From: a virus
Virus record (IMG/VR): IMGVR_UViG_3300042465_006773
Length of the DNA stretch: 64,000 bases
Direction: 5' to 3' (one strand)
Shown: piece by piece, positions 9,598 through 20,414 of the stretch
How positions within the stretch are numbered: position 1 is the stretch's first letter
Layout: every line of letters begins with the position of its first letter
Notes under the pieces: generated by a model
The model's input: the letters and a program-made list of their open reading frames with translations, nothing else
Databases searched by the model: none
Told to the model about the DNA's origin: nothing
Made by a program: the position numbers and the translations under genes

Positions 9598-10818
9598 TTA
9601 AATGATTGTTTTGAAAAATTCTGTTCTGTCCTTACAAACTTTTTGTAAGGAATATTTGTCTTTAACCGTTTCGTATAATTTATTACCCAAATCTTCAATC
9701 ATGTTAGGGTTTTCGATTAAAAGTTTCATATACTTGGCCCAAAGTTTATGACCCTTTTTTTGTGGAACAGTTAGTGCGTTTCCATCGTTAATAAAACTTC
9801 CGTCTTGATATGCATTTTTTAAGTCAAAAGTATATGGTTCAGTTTCACTAGCGATAATTGGTTTTTTATGAAAACCAGACTCAATTATTTTTAACTGAGA
9901 TTTATTGGCATTAAAATCCGATTCAACCACCGGTGCCAAAGAGACATCAAATAAGTTATAATTGTTACCGTAAATGTTGATTGGTTGGGTCCAAACTCTT
10001 TTATATTTTTTATTAGATGTATCTATTTCTGGTGTTTGAGTAAAATTCATCAGATATGATTTATATTCGCTGTCTACACTTCTGTAATTATTTGTGAATA
10101 TTTTTTCATATTTAAACCACACAGTTTCTTCGGGTTTAATTGGTCTTGTTCTTTTTTCTCCCGTTTTTGGGTTAAATTCTGTGACATTTCCTCTTAAATC
10201 AAATCCACATAAAACAAATTGCACATTTTCATAATTGGTTGAAATCACAGATATCCCATCATTTAAAAGTTCAATATCATGTAAGTGACTTGACCCACCT
10301 AACCAACCAAATCGGATTTTTTCTGATTTTGTTGGTTTTGGTTGAAATTGAGATTCGTTAGAATCAATTGCATTTGGAAAAACATATACATTTTTGTTAC
10401 CTGTTCTATTTTTTATGTTATTTGCAAAGAATTCTGTTGTACATGTGATATAATCAGAAATCTTCATTAACTCCATTTTCTTTTTCGGTAATTGACTTTC
10501 TCTGATGGCCAAATACATCGGATGTCTATGGTCAGGAGACCAATAGTCATCAATGTCCATTACTACTTTTATTCCTTGTGATTTTAAAAAGTTAATTCGT
10601 TGTATATTTTCTTCATGTGTATTTTGATGAATAAAACTATGAAAAACAACAATATCATAATTTTTAAAGAAATTATCACCTTCGGTGACATTAAAAGATA
10701 TGTCTATATGAAAATCATTAGAATAGTTATCTCCAATGTATTTAAATGGGTCCAGTACCCTATATTTACCAACACCATGTGTGTCGGGTGCAATTGCTAA
10801 TATTTTTATTTTTTTCAT
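9598..10818 (-). CDS. Glycosyltransferase, GT-B fold
   Basis: GVGKYRVLDP, VMDIDDYW, RFGWLGGSSHLHD, DVSLAP...FNANKSQLKIIESG...PIIAS. Start reassigned to MKKIKIL, downstream of a promoter. Confidence 0.8.
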   Translation of the reverse strand: MKKIKILAIAPDTHGVGKYRVLDPFKYIGDNYSNDFHIDISFNVTEGDNFFKNYDIVVFHSFIHQNTHEENIQRINFLKSQGIKVVMDIDDYWSPDHRHPMYLAIRESQLPKKKMELMKISDYITCTTEFFANNIKNRTGNKNVYVFPNAIDSNESQFQPKPTKSEKIRFGWLGGSSHLHDIELLNDGISVISTNYENVQFVLCGFDLRGNVTEFNPKTGEKRTRPIKPEETVWFKYEKIFTNNYRSVDSEYKSYLMNFTQTPEIDTSNKKYKRVWTQPINIYGNNYNLFDVSLAPVVESDFNANKSQLKIIESGFHKKPIIASETEPYTFDLKNAYQDGSFINDGNALTVPQKKGHKLWAKYMKLLIENPNMIEDLGNKLYETVKDKYSLQKVCKDRTEFFKTII

Positions 10819-10836
10819 TAATATTTCTCTATATGA

Positions 10837-10867
10837 GAAATATAAGAAAAAAAAATGAAAAAACAAA
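10837..10867 (-). promoter_or_regulatory. Host-sigma-type (Bacteroidota -33/-7) promoter
   Basis: TTTG-N19-TATATTTC on the minus strand upstream of the glycosyltransferase. Confidence 0.55.
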
Positions 10868-11449
10868 TTACTTTGACTTATTTACTCCTGTAATTTTTCC
10901 TTTAAAAATTGAATCACCAACTTTTAGTACTAAACTTTCATTAATTGATAAAGTTTGTTGTGCTGTAAGTATTTGGTTTAATTTTGAATCTAAAATTTCC
11001 GTTACAGTTTTTCTAACAACATTTTCAATAAGTGGACTTAATTGTTTAATTAACTCAGTATTATTTATCTGACTTGACTGTGTTTTTGTTGGTTTTGAAG
11101 AAACACCTTGTGATTCCATTAATTTTTTTGTTTTTTCAACAAAATTTAAATCTAAAGAATCGGATAAACTAATTTGTGGGATTGGGTTTTCAATCATCGC
11201 TTTTTTAATTGCATCTGGTAATTTTGATTCTTGTATTTTTTGGAGATTAGGGACAGATGGATTTTGTGACCAAGGTTGTTGTATTGTTTGAGACTTTAAT
11301 ACTTCTTCGGGGTCACTTCTTAAAATTTCTTCATTAACTGAACCTTTTTCAAATTGTCCTGTTTCTACTTTTTGCATTACTTTTTTGGCTTGTACCAACC
11401 TTTGCATTAAATCGTTTGTACTTATTACACCATTTCCTTTTTGTTCCAT
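10868..11449 (-). CDS. Hypothetical protein
   Basis: 193 aa ORF in a co-directional gene run; no recognised motif. Confidence 0.7.
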   Translation of the reverse strand: MEQKGNGVISTNDLMQRLVQAKKVMQKVETGQFEKGSVNEEILRSDPEEVLKSQTIQQPWSQNPSVPNLQKIQESKLPDAIKKAMIENPIPQISLSDSLDLNFVEKTKKLMESQGVSSKPTKTQSSQINNTELIKQLSPLIENVVRKTVTEILDSKLNQILTAQQTLSINESLVLKVGDSIFKGKITGVNKSK

Positions 11450-11467
11450 AACTATAATATAATTATT

Positions 11468-12307
11468 TTAAAAAAAGATTAAAGCTTTAATTCTTAAAAT
11501 TTCTTCCTGTAATGGAATGGTTTCATCTTTTTTTATTTGTATGTTGTTTCTTTTTAAGATTTGAGTTAAATCATATTCTGAGTCTTTTTCAAACTTTCTT
11601 CTAGTTCCTTCTCCTGGTGTAGTATTTAACCCTAAATCTATTTGTGCTCTTTTCCAATCTTCAATTCTTTTTTTGTATAAATCATCAATACCGATTTTGA
11701 AATCATCAGGACTTAATGTTTTTTCATTATTGATTGTTTTTACTTTTTTTTCTAAATTTTTAAAAACTTCGTCTTCTCTTTTTAAATCTTGAGTTGGTAG
11801 TGGTGAAGGTTTTACTTTTGGTTTTGGTTGAGGTAACTCGTCTTTTTGTGGTTGAGTTTGTTTAGGTTTAGGTTCGGTTATGGGTTTTTCTTTTTTAGGT
11901 TGCATCGTAACACCCCAATCAGTTGTTACATATGTTACAGAAAAACTACCATCATCACCTTCTTTATAGTTTGGTCTTTTTGTTGAAAATTGTTCATCTT
12001 CATAAACAATTAAAGAGCCGGTAGAAATTCTATCAATTAAAAAAGTTCTCCAACCGTGTTTTTGAAAACCTTTTTTAGATGTTGATGGTGGTTGTGTCCA
12101 ACCTCTAACCGCTAAATTTCCTTTTTTTGTTAATCCAGATGCGACCAATTCAACTTTAACTCGTCTACCAGCTAAGACATCTTTTGGTGGTCCTTTATAA
12201 TAAAAGGAAACGGGGAATCTATTTTTTATCGCATATTCTAATCTTGCCCTAATGCTTGTTTTAGGATTGGCTTCTAAAATAGATGTGAAAAATAATTTAT
12301 TAGACAT
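11468..12307 (-). CDS. WYL-domain protein with Pro/Lys-rich linker
   Basis: LEYAIKNRFPVSFYY...RRVKV...LAVRGW...GWRTFLIDRI is the WYL signature; C-terminal LQEEILRIKALI tag. Confidence 0.75.
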   Translation of the reverse strand: MSNKLFFTSILEANPKTSIRARLEYAIKNRFPVSFYYKGPPKDVLAGRRVKVELVASGLTKKGNLAVRGWTQPPSTSKKGFQKHGWRTFLIDRISTGSLIVYEDEQFSTKRPNYKEGDDGSFSVTYVTTDWGVTMQPKKEKPITEPKPKQTQPQKDELPQPKPKVKPSPLPTQDLKREDEVFKNLEKKVKTINNEKTLSPDDFKIGIDDLYKKRIEDWKRAQIDLGLNTTPGEGTRRKFEKDSEYDLTQILKRNNIQIKKDETIPLQEEILRIKALIFF

Positions 12308-12684
12308 TAAAAATCAGGATATGGTTTATTGTTCCCGTATTTATTTCTTGATTGTAGTCCAATTCGTTCTCCGATATCGGTTTTGGTCCCAACACTACCA
12401 TTGTTTTCTCCTCTGCCTTTGTCATCACCATCAGAAATGGCATTTCTATTTACAGAAGAGTATTCGTTTTTTGGACCATACAAATTTCGAGCTTGTAATG
12501 TTTTTCTTTCTGAAATGTCTGTTTTTGTACCTATACTACCATTATTTTCACCTCTACCTCTATCATCACCATCCGATAGTGCGCCTGTATTGGATGAATC
12601 GTACAAATCACCATAGTTATATTCATTTCTGGCCAATAAAATGTTTCTTTCTCTATCGCCAATTGTTTCTAATTGTGTTGCCAT
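12307..12684 (-). CDS. Internally repeated small protein
   Basis: Two copies of A[LI]SDGDD[RK]GRGENNGS[IV]GTKTDI and three of ER..L.[AS]RN.Y. Confidence 0.75.
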   Translation of the reverse strand: MATQLETIGDRERNILLARNEYNYGDLYDSSNTGALSDGDDRGRGENNGSIGTKTDISERKTLQARNLYGPKNEYSSVNRNAISDGDDKGRGENNGSVGTKTDIGERIGLQSRNKYGNNKPYPDF

Positions 12685-12685
12685 A

Positions 12686-13183
12686 TTAGTAAGTTATTAA
12701 TTTTTTTATTTTATCAACTTCCTCATATAATTTTAAAGAGGATATTGGGGATACGCTTGTTTTATTAGAATTACTTTTTATTAAGTTTGTTGGTATTTTA
12801 AAATTAAATCTTTTTTTGTGTTTTTTTAAATGTGAATTTTTTCTTTCGTTATTCATTCCGGTCATGTCATCGGATTTCATTTTTGATTTTTTTCTATTAG
12901 AAATTAAATCTCTTTCTCCTTTTAAAAACTGATTAGCCCATTTTTCCATTAACTCACCACCACACAAGTCATATTTTAATTTATCTTTTATTTTGTCAAT
13001 GTTTTGAAGGTCGTGTATTATTCTTTTTAGTTGTCCGTATTTTACTTTTTTATCCGATATAAGTTTTTTTGCGCGTTGAATTCCCCTTACATTTTTTCCA
13101 TTTAATCCAATAATCGTATGATTTATTGTTTTTAAAATGTCTTGAGGTATGTCAAATACTCTATCTTTTAGTTCCTTATTCAT
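12686..13183 (-). CDS. Basic hypothetical protein, candidate head-internal protein
   Basis: 165 aa, Lys-rich; C-terminal LYEEVDKIKKLI tag. Confidence 0.65.
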   Translation of the reverse strand: MNKELKDRVFDIPQDILKTINHTIIGLNGKNVRGIQRAKKLISDKKVKYGQLKRIIHDLQNIDKIKDKLKYDLCGGELMEKWANQFLKGERDLISNRKKSKMKSDDMTGMNNERKNSHLKKHKKRFNFKIPTNLIKSNSNKTSVSPISSLKLYEEVDKIKKLITY

Positions 13184-13925
13184 TGTCTTTATTTAGTAAT
13201 TTGATAACATCTTTTACTGAAAGATTATTTTTAACTAAAGTATTTTTAAGTGCTAAAATTTGTTTTTTTATTATAGGATTTAATTCTTTATCAATATCTT
13301 CTGTTTGGTCTTTTTTTACTAAATCACTATTTTGTGTTTTTTTTGATAAAACACTTTCAACATAATCTTCCACATATTTTTTAGGGTTTTCAATTAATCT
13401 GACTTTATCACCTTTTAAATCTTCATCATATCCGTATGATGACAATCTTTCTTCGGCTTCTTTATCATCTAACCCTAAATCCTTTTTAAAATAATCTTCA
13501 GCGTCTTCCCTATCTTCATCATTACCCAAAGTTTTTTCGTATCCCAACGCTTTACTTAAATCCGCTTCTGCCCAATATCTTAACGAAGTGTGTGTACCAT
13601 GAACACCATGTGTTCCCATAGAACCTGCACTTGTTTTTACAATTTCATCGGTAGTTTTTTTTGAACCACCTTTACTATCTTTTGTTGTTGGTATTTTATT
13701 TACCGCAACATTTCCTTTTGTATCTACAATTTCATCAACATCTTTTTCTACCTCATCTGGTAATTTTTTAAAATCGGTGTCACTAGAAAATTCTTTAGCC
13801 CATTTTGACCATTTTTTTCTCTCCTTTTTTGGAATTGATTCATCAGAAGCCTTCGCATAAAAATATCTTTGTTGTTTTTTTGATGCAAATTTTTCTTCAA
13901 TTATTGATTTTATATAGTTATCCAT
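13176..13925 (-). CDS. Hypothetical late protein with DUF3008-like N-terminal motif
   Basis: FASKKQQRYF...AKEFSSDTDFKKLPDEV resembles the KSKAQQ...FASTK..LPE pattern; late motif upstream. Confidence 0.5.
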   Translation of the reverse strand: MDNYIKSIIEEKFASKKQQRYFYAKASDESIPKKERKKWSKWAKEFSSDTDFKKLPDEVEKDVDEIVDTKGNVAVNKIPTTKDSKGGSKKTTDEIVKTSAGSMGTHGVHGTHTSLRYWAEADLSKALGYEKTLGNDEDREDAEDYFKKDLGLDDKEAEERLSSYGYDEDLKGDKVRLIENPKKYVEDYVESVLSKKTQNSDLVKKDQTEDIDKELNPIIKKQILALKNTLVKNNLSVKDVIKLLNKDNE

Positions 13926-13942
13926 GTAATTACTACTTTAGT

Positions 13943-13975
13943 AATAAATATCAAAAGAAAGGAAAGATATTTATA
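13943..13975. promoter_or_regulatory. Back-to-back putative late promoters
   Basis: TATTTATT on minus (13943-13950) and TATTTATA on plus (13968-13975) at the strand switch. Confidence 0.6.
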
Positions 13976-13980
13976 GTATA

Positions 13981-15378
13981 ATGAATACACAAAACATTCT
14001 CAAATATTGGGGTACCAAATTAGATTTGCAACTCGATTCATCAGAATATTATGATTATGAAATAGCAAAGACCGAGGTTGATTACGATGAATTGGTTTTG
14101 GATTTAGAAAATTCAATACCTTACACATCTTTAACTATTAATACTACAGGTTTAACAAATTCAGATTGTACAAGAGATACCATAAGTTTAGTTGAATATA
14201 ATAATACTGTAAATGATACTGGATATACTTATTCAGCGATTACTTGGACTTTATCGTATTCAGCGTTTACTAGTACATTTTCTAATTCTGATATTATATT
14301 AAATAATGATGTGTATGAATTAAATTTTAGTGGTAACACACACTATTTGAAAATAGATGAATTTAATAACGCACTTTCAAATCCGTTTTCATTAAATCTT
14401 AGTGATTTTAAAACAGGTGTTACGGGATATTCTTATGCTTGTGTTCAAAAATTAACAGATAACGATAATTGTTGCCCACAAGACCCCCAACTAAACGCGA
14501 AACCATGGGCATATCAAATTAATCATGGGGGTGGTAATGACAATTGTTCATATAAAGTTAAGAGAAGAACAGAAAAGGGTTGGACCATTGATTTGGTACT
14601 TAATAGAGATGATAATCCATGGTCAAGTGGTAAAACAATTTACTATTTAGGTGTTAGGGGTGAAACGGAAAATACAAAGTACTCAGATAATAATCTTTCT
14701 TTTTCTTTTACAAACGACGGTAGGATTCAATGGAGAGCATCGAGATATTCGGGAATATGTTTAACTGATAGTGGGTACACTGAATCATATTATACGTCAT
14801 CAGGACAAACACCGGTACTATGTACGAGTGGGACATCCGAAGATTTTAATATTACCATAACCTTTGAAAGAAATAAATATTTTACTGATTGTGGTATAGA
14901 AAACAATGGTGGTTGGAATGATTTAATTACAGGGAGAACATTAAACACTTCAATATCGGATTGGTTAACTGGTGCAACACCATCGTATGATGATGTAGAA
15001 ATTTTAAACAAAAAATGGGCGGAAGAAAAAAATAGAAGGTTAGGGACATTAAAAATTTATCTAAATGGTAAAAAAATTTATAAATTAAATGATTGGGAAG
15101 AGGTGATACCTTCAACAAGGGGATATCAACCTATGATTCAATCTTGGGCTGGTGGAACTCAATATTCAGGAAGCCTACATAATTTGGGTATTTCTTGTTT
15201 TATTTTTAAAAGAATCCAATATTATGAGGAACCATTAAACTATGTTAGAGTTAATCATCATTATTTGGTTGACACTAAACCAAACTATAACATTGTAGAG
15301 TGTGATGAAGATTGCGTTGATTCTACAACGATTATTATAACGGCACCAGAAAATGATTTACAATATGAATATATATAA
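13981..15378 (+). CDS. Virion structural protein, ConA/LamG-like fold probable
   Basis: Beta-rich and Cys-containing; TLKIYLNG; nine [ST]GxT motifs. Confidence 0.55.
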   Translation: MNTQNILKYWGTKLDLQLDSSEYYDYEIAKTEVDYDELVLDLENSIPYTSLTINTTGLTNSDCTRDTISLVEYNNTVNDTGYTYSAITWTLSYSAFTSTFSNSDIILNNDVYELNFSGNTHYLKIDEFNNALSNPFSLNLSDFKTGVTGYSYACVQKLTDNDNCCPQDPQLNAKPWAYQINHGGGNDNCSYKVKRRTEKGWTIDLVLNRDDNPWSSGKTIYYLGVRGETENTKYSDNNLSFSFTNDGRIQWRASRYSGICLTDSGYTESYYTSSGQTPVLCTSGTSEDFNITITFERNKYFTDCGIENNGGWNDLITGRTLNTSISDWLTGATPSYDDVEILNKKWAEEKNRRLGTLKIYLNGKKIYKLNDWEEVIPSTRGYQPMIQSWAGGTQYSGSLHNLGISCFIFKRIQYYEEPLNYVRVNHHYLVDTKPNYNIVECDEDCVDSTTIIITAPENDLQYEYI

Positions 15379-15393
15379 TAAAATAATAATATA

Positions 15394-17625
15394 ATGCCAT
15401 CAGGAATAAGAATATCGAGTATTAATTTAAGTGGTAAAACCGCCACTGTAACTTTCTTGCCATATACAGGTGGTACATTTAATTTAGGTGAAAAAACTTT
15501 ACCATTTGAATATAATTCAAGTTATCCATATGGTGTATATGAACTATATTTTGAATTGTATAATAAAACATATGAGGTAAATGCTTTGTTTCCGTCTCCT
15601 TCTATTACGCCAACAATTACAAGAACACCTTCTATTACGCCAACAATTACAAGAACACCTTCCATAACACCGTCCCCAACACCTAGTGTAATTATAGAAG
15701 ATTTAGATTTTGATGGGTTTATTAACTCCGGTTCTATTGTCATAACGTACATAGTATCAATACCAAGTGCGGTTGATTTCGATGTTACTATTGATTTTGT
15801 TCAAGAACTCCCCATAATAGGTGGTGGAAGACCTTTTTACATAAAGGGTAATATAATAATACCAAAAGGTTCTACTCAAGTTGGTACAAAATATTCGTCA
15901 TCAGAAGAGTGGGCTGATTATAGTAAATTATCAGGTGTTAGTGTTTTAACGACAACAGTAACAACACCAGGAGGTTCTAATCGATACACGGTAAAAGAAC
16001 TTATAAAATTTGGGGAGGAACCTCCTGACATTGGACCTATTCCTGATAATCAAATACCCGACCCAAATTCAATATCAATCACACCAACACCAAGTAGAAC
16101 AATTACACCAACACCGACAAGGACGATAACACCAAGTATTACACCAACACCGAGTCAATTACCTTGTGTTTGTAACGGTCCTGTGGGTATTCCTTTTGCG
16201 AACACACCTGGAAACCCAATACCAATAACAATACGAGAAAGTATTGATGGTAACTCAACGGGTTTATACCGTTATTTTCAAGGATGGTTGTCTAATTTAG
16301 TGGATGTTTGTGGTTATCCAAATGGAAACATAAGAGAAGTTTTCAATTACAGACCGAACACGTTTTCTTCAGGTCAAGGTAGTATGTATAGAACGGTAAC
16401 GGATAGTTTTTATACTAAATCTTATTCGTACATGTTGGCAATTAAAACAATACCAAGTGCAGCGCATCTTACAATTCCAAATTTTAAAATAACTGTAGGT
16501 ACGGGTGTTAAAGGTGATTGTTCTTTTGGAACATATATCATTAATAACCCATCTTTTAATACGTGGTATGTTATTAGAGTAGATGTAAGAGACATTACTT
16601 TATATGGTAACGAAATTTGGGCACACGTGGTTCAAGAAGGTAATTCAAGTTATTATTTATGTACAAATCCAGGTAATGACTCATGTTGTTATGTAACCAC
16701 ATCAGGTGTTGATGTTGGTCAAAACGATTTACCATATAATCATCCCTGTCCGTGTTCTGTAACAAGTTGTCTTGATTTAGGTGTTGTTCCTCCATATCCT
16801 ATAAATTTTTGGTGTCCAAATCCTTGGGACACACCGATTTGTACTTTAACACCAACACCATCAAGAACAATTACACCAACCGTAACACCATCAAGAACAC
16901 CAACACTAACACCATCCATCACACCAAGTAGAACTCCATCAGTAACACCATCAAGAACAATTACACCAACACCAACACCATCCATTACACCGAGTATTAC
17001 TCTATCGGTAACACCAACATCCACCAATAGTTCAACACCATCTGTTACACCAAGTGTCACACCATCAGTAACACCAACATCTTCTATTACACCAACACCA
17101 TCCATCACATCGAGTATTACTCCATCGGTAACACCAACATCTTCTATTACACCAACACCATCCATCACATCGAGTATTACTCCATCGGTAACACCAACAC
17201 CATCTATTACACCAAGTATTACACCATCAATAACACCAACATCTTCTATTACACCAACACCAAGTATTACACCAAGTATTACTTCATCAGTAACACCAAC
17301 ATCTTCTATCACCCCAAGTGTAACTCCAACAAGAACAATCACACCAACACCAACTCCTTCACCACAATACGTTCCATATTTATTTTGTAATTGTCTTGAC
17401 CCTTATAACAATTCGGGAATTGTTCCACCGTTAGAAGTTGGTGTAAGTGTTAATTTTACAATACAATCTGGTGTACAATATGGATTTATTCATACGGATG
17501 GTTATTGTTATTTTAACTGTGACCAATGGTCTGGATATACAATGACAAAAGATACATTAACAGTCAATCAATGTAGTACTCCATATTGTGTATCATTACC
17601 ATATCCTCAACCACCAAATCCTTAA
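15394..17625 (+). CDS. Fibre/decoration protein with mucin-like (T/S/P) linkers and Cys-rich domains
   Basis: Extensive TPSITPT repeats; N-terminal ~60 aa homologous to the next gene. Confidence 0.7.
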   Translation: MPSGIRISSINLSGKTATVTFLPYTGGTFNLGEKTLPFEYNSSYPYGVYELYFELYNKTYEVNALFPSPSITPTITRTPSITPTITRTPSITPSPTPSVIIEDLDFDGFINSGSIVITYIVSIPSAVDFDVTIDFVQELPIIGGGRPFYIKGNIIIPKGSTQVGTKYSSSEEWADYSKLSGVSVLTTTVTTPGGSNRYTVKELIKFGEEPPDIGPIPDNQIPDPNSISITPTPSRTITPTPTRTITPSITPTPSQLPCVCNGPVGIPFANTPGNPIPITIRESIDGNSTGLYRYFQGWLSNLVDVCGYPNGNIREVFNYRPNTFSSGQGSMYRTVTDSFYTKSYSYMLAIKTIPSAAHLTIPNFKITVGTGVKGDCSFGTYIINNPSFNTWYVIRVDVRDITLYGNEIWAHVVQEGNSSYYLCTNPGNDSCCYVTTSGVDVGQNDLPYNHPCPCSVTSCLDLGVVPPYPINFWCPNPWDTPICTLTPTPSRTITPTVTPSRTPTLTPSITPSRTPSVTPSRTITPTPTPSITPSITLSVTPTSTNSSTPSVTPSVTPSVTPTSSITPTPSITSSITPSVTPTSSITPTPSITSSITPSVTPTPSITPSITPSITPTSSITPTPSITPSITSSVTPTSSITPSVTPTRTITPTPTPSPQYVPYLFCNCLDPYNNSGIVPPLEVGVSVNFTIQSGVQYGFIHTDGYCYFNCDQWSGYTMTKDTLTVNQCSTPYCVSLPYPQPPNP
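15601..15660 (+). repeat. 30-bp exact tandem duplication encoding [10 protein letters not shown]
   Basis: tctattacgccaacaattacaagaacacct x2. Confidence 0.9.
16845..17364 (+). repeat. Coding low-complexity tandem repeats (TPS[IV]TP[TS])
   Basis: acacca-based repeats, including a ~60-bp exact duplication around 17070-17190. Confidence 0.9.
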
Positions 17626-17634
17626 ATAAATTAA

Positions 17635-19386
17635 ATGGATACTTTAAGAATCGTCTCAACAAACTACAATGGTCAATCGGCCGTAATTACGTTTTATCCC
17701 GACACGGGTGGGACAATTAATCTTGGTACTCAAGTTTTACCCTATGATTATGTTGCTCCATATTTTTATGGGACATATTCTTTATTCTTTCCTGCTTTTG
17801 GTAGTACATGTACTTTGTATGTTGAAGACACTTCGGGTAATTTCTTATTACAAGAAAATGGTGATTATATTTTTCAAGAAAATTATTATAAAATTATAAT
17901 AGAGTCTTTACCAAGCCCAACACCAACACCTTCTATTACACCAAGTATAACACCAACTCGTTCAGTAACACCAACACCATCTATTACTACGTCTATAACA
18001 CCAAGTAGAACTCCATCAGTAACACCAACACCATCAAGAACACCATCTATAACACCGAGTAGAACTCCATCAGTAACACCAACACCTTCTATTACACCAA
18101 GTATAACACCAACTCGTTCAGTAACACCAACACCAACTTTAACACCGACATCAACATCTTATGGTCAATCTTTTATATATTATAGGTGGCAAATAACTGA
18201 ATCTAAAACAACACCACCAAATGCAAACTGTGTTCAATCTTCTGAATTTGTTTTTCAAAAAAATGGTGTAGACCAAAGTATGTCCGGTGTTGTGGTAACA
18301 AACCCTAGTGGAAATAACCCTGTGGGTGAAGAACCATCCAAATTAATTGACGGTAGTTTAACAACAAAAGCATTAGATTTAAATTTTGTTACTAATGGTA
18401 ATGTAACGAATTTTATATTTCAATTCCCAACCGGTCAGTCGTTTGATGGGTATAGATGGGGAACCGCAAATGATGAAGAAAGTAGAGACCCAAAATCTTG
18501 GACCATATCAGGAAGTAACGATGGTGTAAATTGGAGTTTGTTACATACGGTAAGCGGATTTAATTCCACAACAACTAGAAATACGTACCAAACTCCTCAA
18601 ACTTATTTACCACCAGCAGTAAGTCCTACACCTACAGTTACAAATACACCAACACCAACAAGAACACCGTCAGTAACACCAACACCATCAACAAGTTCTA
18701 TTGTTAATTTTGTTACAGATAGTTTATTTATGAAATTAGATGCCACAAACTATACGAGTGGTACATGGTCGGATGAAACGGGTAATGGTAATAACGCAAC
18801 AATAAATGGCGCGACTTGGTTATCAACCGATGGTGGTATTTTTGATTTAGATGGAACGAATGATACCATTAGTGTTCCTCACGTATCTCAATTAAGTTTA
18901 ACCACAACGGGTCAAAAGACCGTGCAAGTTTGGGTTAAATTTGACGCACTACCATCGTCAGGTCAACAAATACCCGTATTTGGGAAGTTGTCAAGTGCAT
19001 CAGGATTTGACGGTTATTGGGGTGGTTTGTTTTCAAATACGGGTACTGTTAGATGTGTAACAAATGGTACCGGTGTCCAACAAATCAGTACTTCAACTTT
19101 AACAATCACAACAAATACTTGGTATTTGTTTACATTTATTTCACAAATAACCTCAACCGCCAATACCACAAAAGTCTATATAAATAATACTGAGTATATA
19201 ACTACAGCACATGGTGCTGATTCATATGGTGAAACAAATCCATTTTATTTAGGATGGATTGGTTCAGGTGTGTCGTCACTATATTTGAATGGTAAAATAG
19301 GTGCATGTTATTTCTATACCAAAGGTTTAAACACCACAGAGATATCAAATAATTATAATTCAACCAAATCAAAATACGGTTTGTAA
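17635..19386 (+). CDS. Fibre/adhesin with PT linkers, discoidin (F5/8C)-like domain and C-terminal LamG domain
   Basis: [17 protein letters not shown] (discoidin-like); LDA...[10 protein letters not shown]...[26 protein letters not shown] (LamG). Confidence 0.8.
   Translation: MDTLRIVSTNYNGQSAVITFYPDTGGTINLGTQVLPYDYVAPYFYGTYSLFFPAFGSTCTLYVEDTSGNFLLQENGDYIFQENYYKIIIESLPSPTPTPSITPSITPTRSVTPTPSITTSITPSRTPSVTPTPSRTPSITPSRTPSVTPTPSITPSITPTRSVTPTPTLTPTSTSYGQSFIYYRWQITESKTTPPNANCVQSSEFVFQKNGVDQSMSGVVVTNPSGNNPVGEEPSKLIDGSLTTKALDLNFVTNGNVTNFIFQFPTGQSFDGYRWGTANDEESRDPKSWTISGSNDGVNWSLLHTVSGFNSTTTRNTYQTPQTYLPPAVSPTPTVTNTPTPTRTPSVTPTPSTSSIVNFVTDSLFMKLDATNYTSGTWSDETGNGNNATINGATWLSTDGGIFDLDGTNDTISVPHVSQLSLTTTGQKTVQVWVKFDALPSSGQQIPVFGKLSSASGFDGYWGGLFSNTGTVRCVTNGTGVQQISTSTLTITTNTWYLFTFISQITSTANTTKVYINNTEYITTAHGADSYGETNPFYLGWIGSGVSSLYLNGKIGACYFYTKGLNTTEISNNYNSTKSKYGL
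17911..18159 (+). repeat. Coding PT/PS tandem repeats
   Basis: Repeated acaccaacaccttctattacaccaagtataacaccaactcgttcagta units. Confidence 0.85.
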
Positions 19387-19409
19387 AGTTTTAATATTTA
19401 TAAAATAAG

Positions 19410-20033
19410 ATGGCTAATTTACCAATATCACAACTACCGGAAATTACAACAGGACTAACTCCAAATGCGGAGTTCGCGGTTGCACAAGGTGGCACCACAT
19501 ACAAAGTAAAAAAAACTTATTTAAAAGAAGGATTTTTTGCTCAAACAAGTGACGGTACAACTGTGAGTGGTACGACATCTGAAACAACAATTATAGGTAG
19601 TGGTGTTGGGTCCTTATCAGTACCGGCGAGTGGATTTTCTGTTGGTGATTCTTTTAGATGTATCGTAAGTGGTGACTTGGGTGCAAATAATAATGACACT
19701 TTAACTTTAAAAGTAAAATCGGGTTCTGTGGTGTTAGGGACTACCGGTGCAATTAATCTACCTGGCGTAACCAATAAACACTTTAATTTTGATATTCATT
19801 TTACAATAAGAGAAATTGGGGGTACTGGTGTTGCATCAATAATATCCGTTGGTTTTTTTACATTCAACAAAGACGCGTCCGCTGGTTTTGAAGGTGGTAG
19901 TTTTAGTACATTAAACAATAGTACATTTGATACAACCATTTCAAATACATTAGATATAACCGCACAGTTTAGTTCAACTAATGCTGCTAATTTCATAAGA
20001 ACCGAACTTTTAGTTTTAAGTAGAGAATATTAA
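19410..20033 (+). CDS. Virion fibre/decoration protein
   Basis: MANLPISQLP N-terminus of the type seen on phage fibre proteins; beta-rich G/S/T composition; late motif upstream. Confidence 0.55.
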   Translation: MANLPISQLPEITTGLTPNAEFAVAQGGTTYKVKKTYLKEGFFAQTSDGTTVSGTTSETTIIGSGVGSLSVPASGFSVGDSFRCIVSGDLGANNNDTLTLKVKSGSVVLGTTGAINLPGVTNKHFNFDIHFTIREIGGTGVASIISVGFFTFNKDASAGFEGGSFSTLNNSTFDTTISNTLDITAQFSSTNAANFIRTELLVLSREY

Positions 20034-20045
20034 ATAAAATAAAAC

Positions 20046-20414
20046 ATGGAATTTTTTATAAGACAAGGAGCTTCGGAACCAATATTAAAAATGAGACTTA
20101 TCGATGACGGAAAAAACGATAAGTCGGGTTTTAACGATATGTTAGAAAGTTGCGATATTACTTTTGATATGTATGATGTTGAAACAGGTGAACCTGAAAT
20201 ATTAAATTCGAATTGTCAAATTACCACAAGAGATAAAAAATATAATCAAACAACTGATGAGTATTATATTGTTCATCAATTTACGGAGTCTCAAACCGAA
20301 AAATTGGGAAAATACGAAGGTAAAATAACCATTCAATTTTTAGATACAAATTTAAATCCAACAACCAAACTAATATTACCGGTAAAGGAAAAACTTTACA
20401 TTACAATATTTTGA
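20046..20414 (+). CDS. BppU-N-like baseplate/fibre adaptor
   Basis: FFIRQG...ILKMRL...GKYEGKITIQF...LILP pattern. Confidence 0.55.
   Translation: MEFFIRQGASEPILKMRLIDDGKNDKSGFNDMLESCDITFDMYDVETGEPEILNSNCQITTRDKKYNQTTDEYYIVHQFTESQTEKLGKYEGKITIQFLDTNLNPTTKLILPVKEKLYITIF

Noticed and set aside
12252-12689. Plus-strand ORFs 12252-12689 and 12329-12616
   Set aside because: Antisense to the repeat protein, which fits the minus-strand operon; no plausible protein features.
16740-17342. 200-aa Gly/Val-rich minus-strand ORF
   Set aside because: Antisense shadow of the ACA/CCA (Thr/Pro) repeats, which lack stops on the opposite strand.
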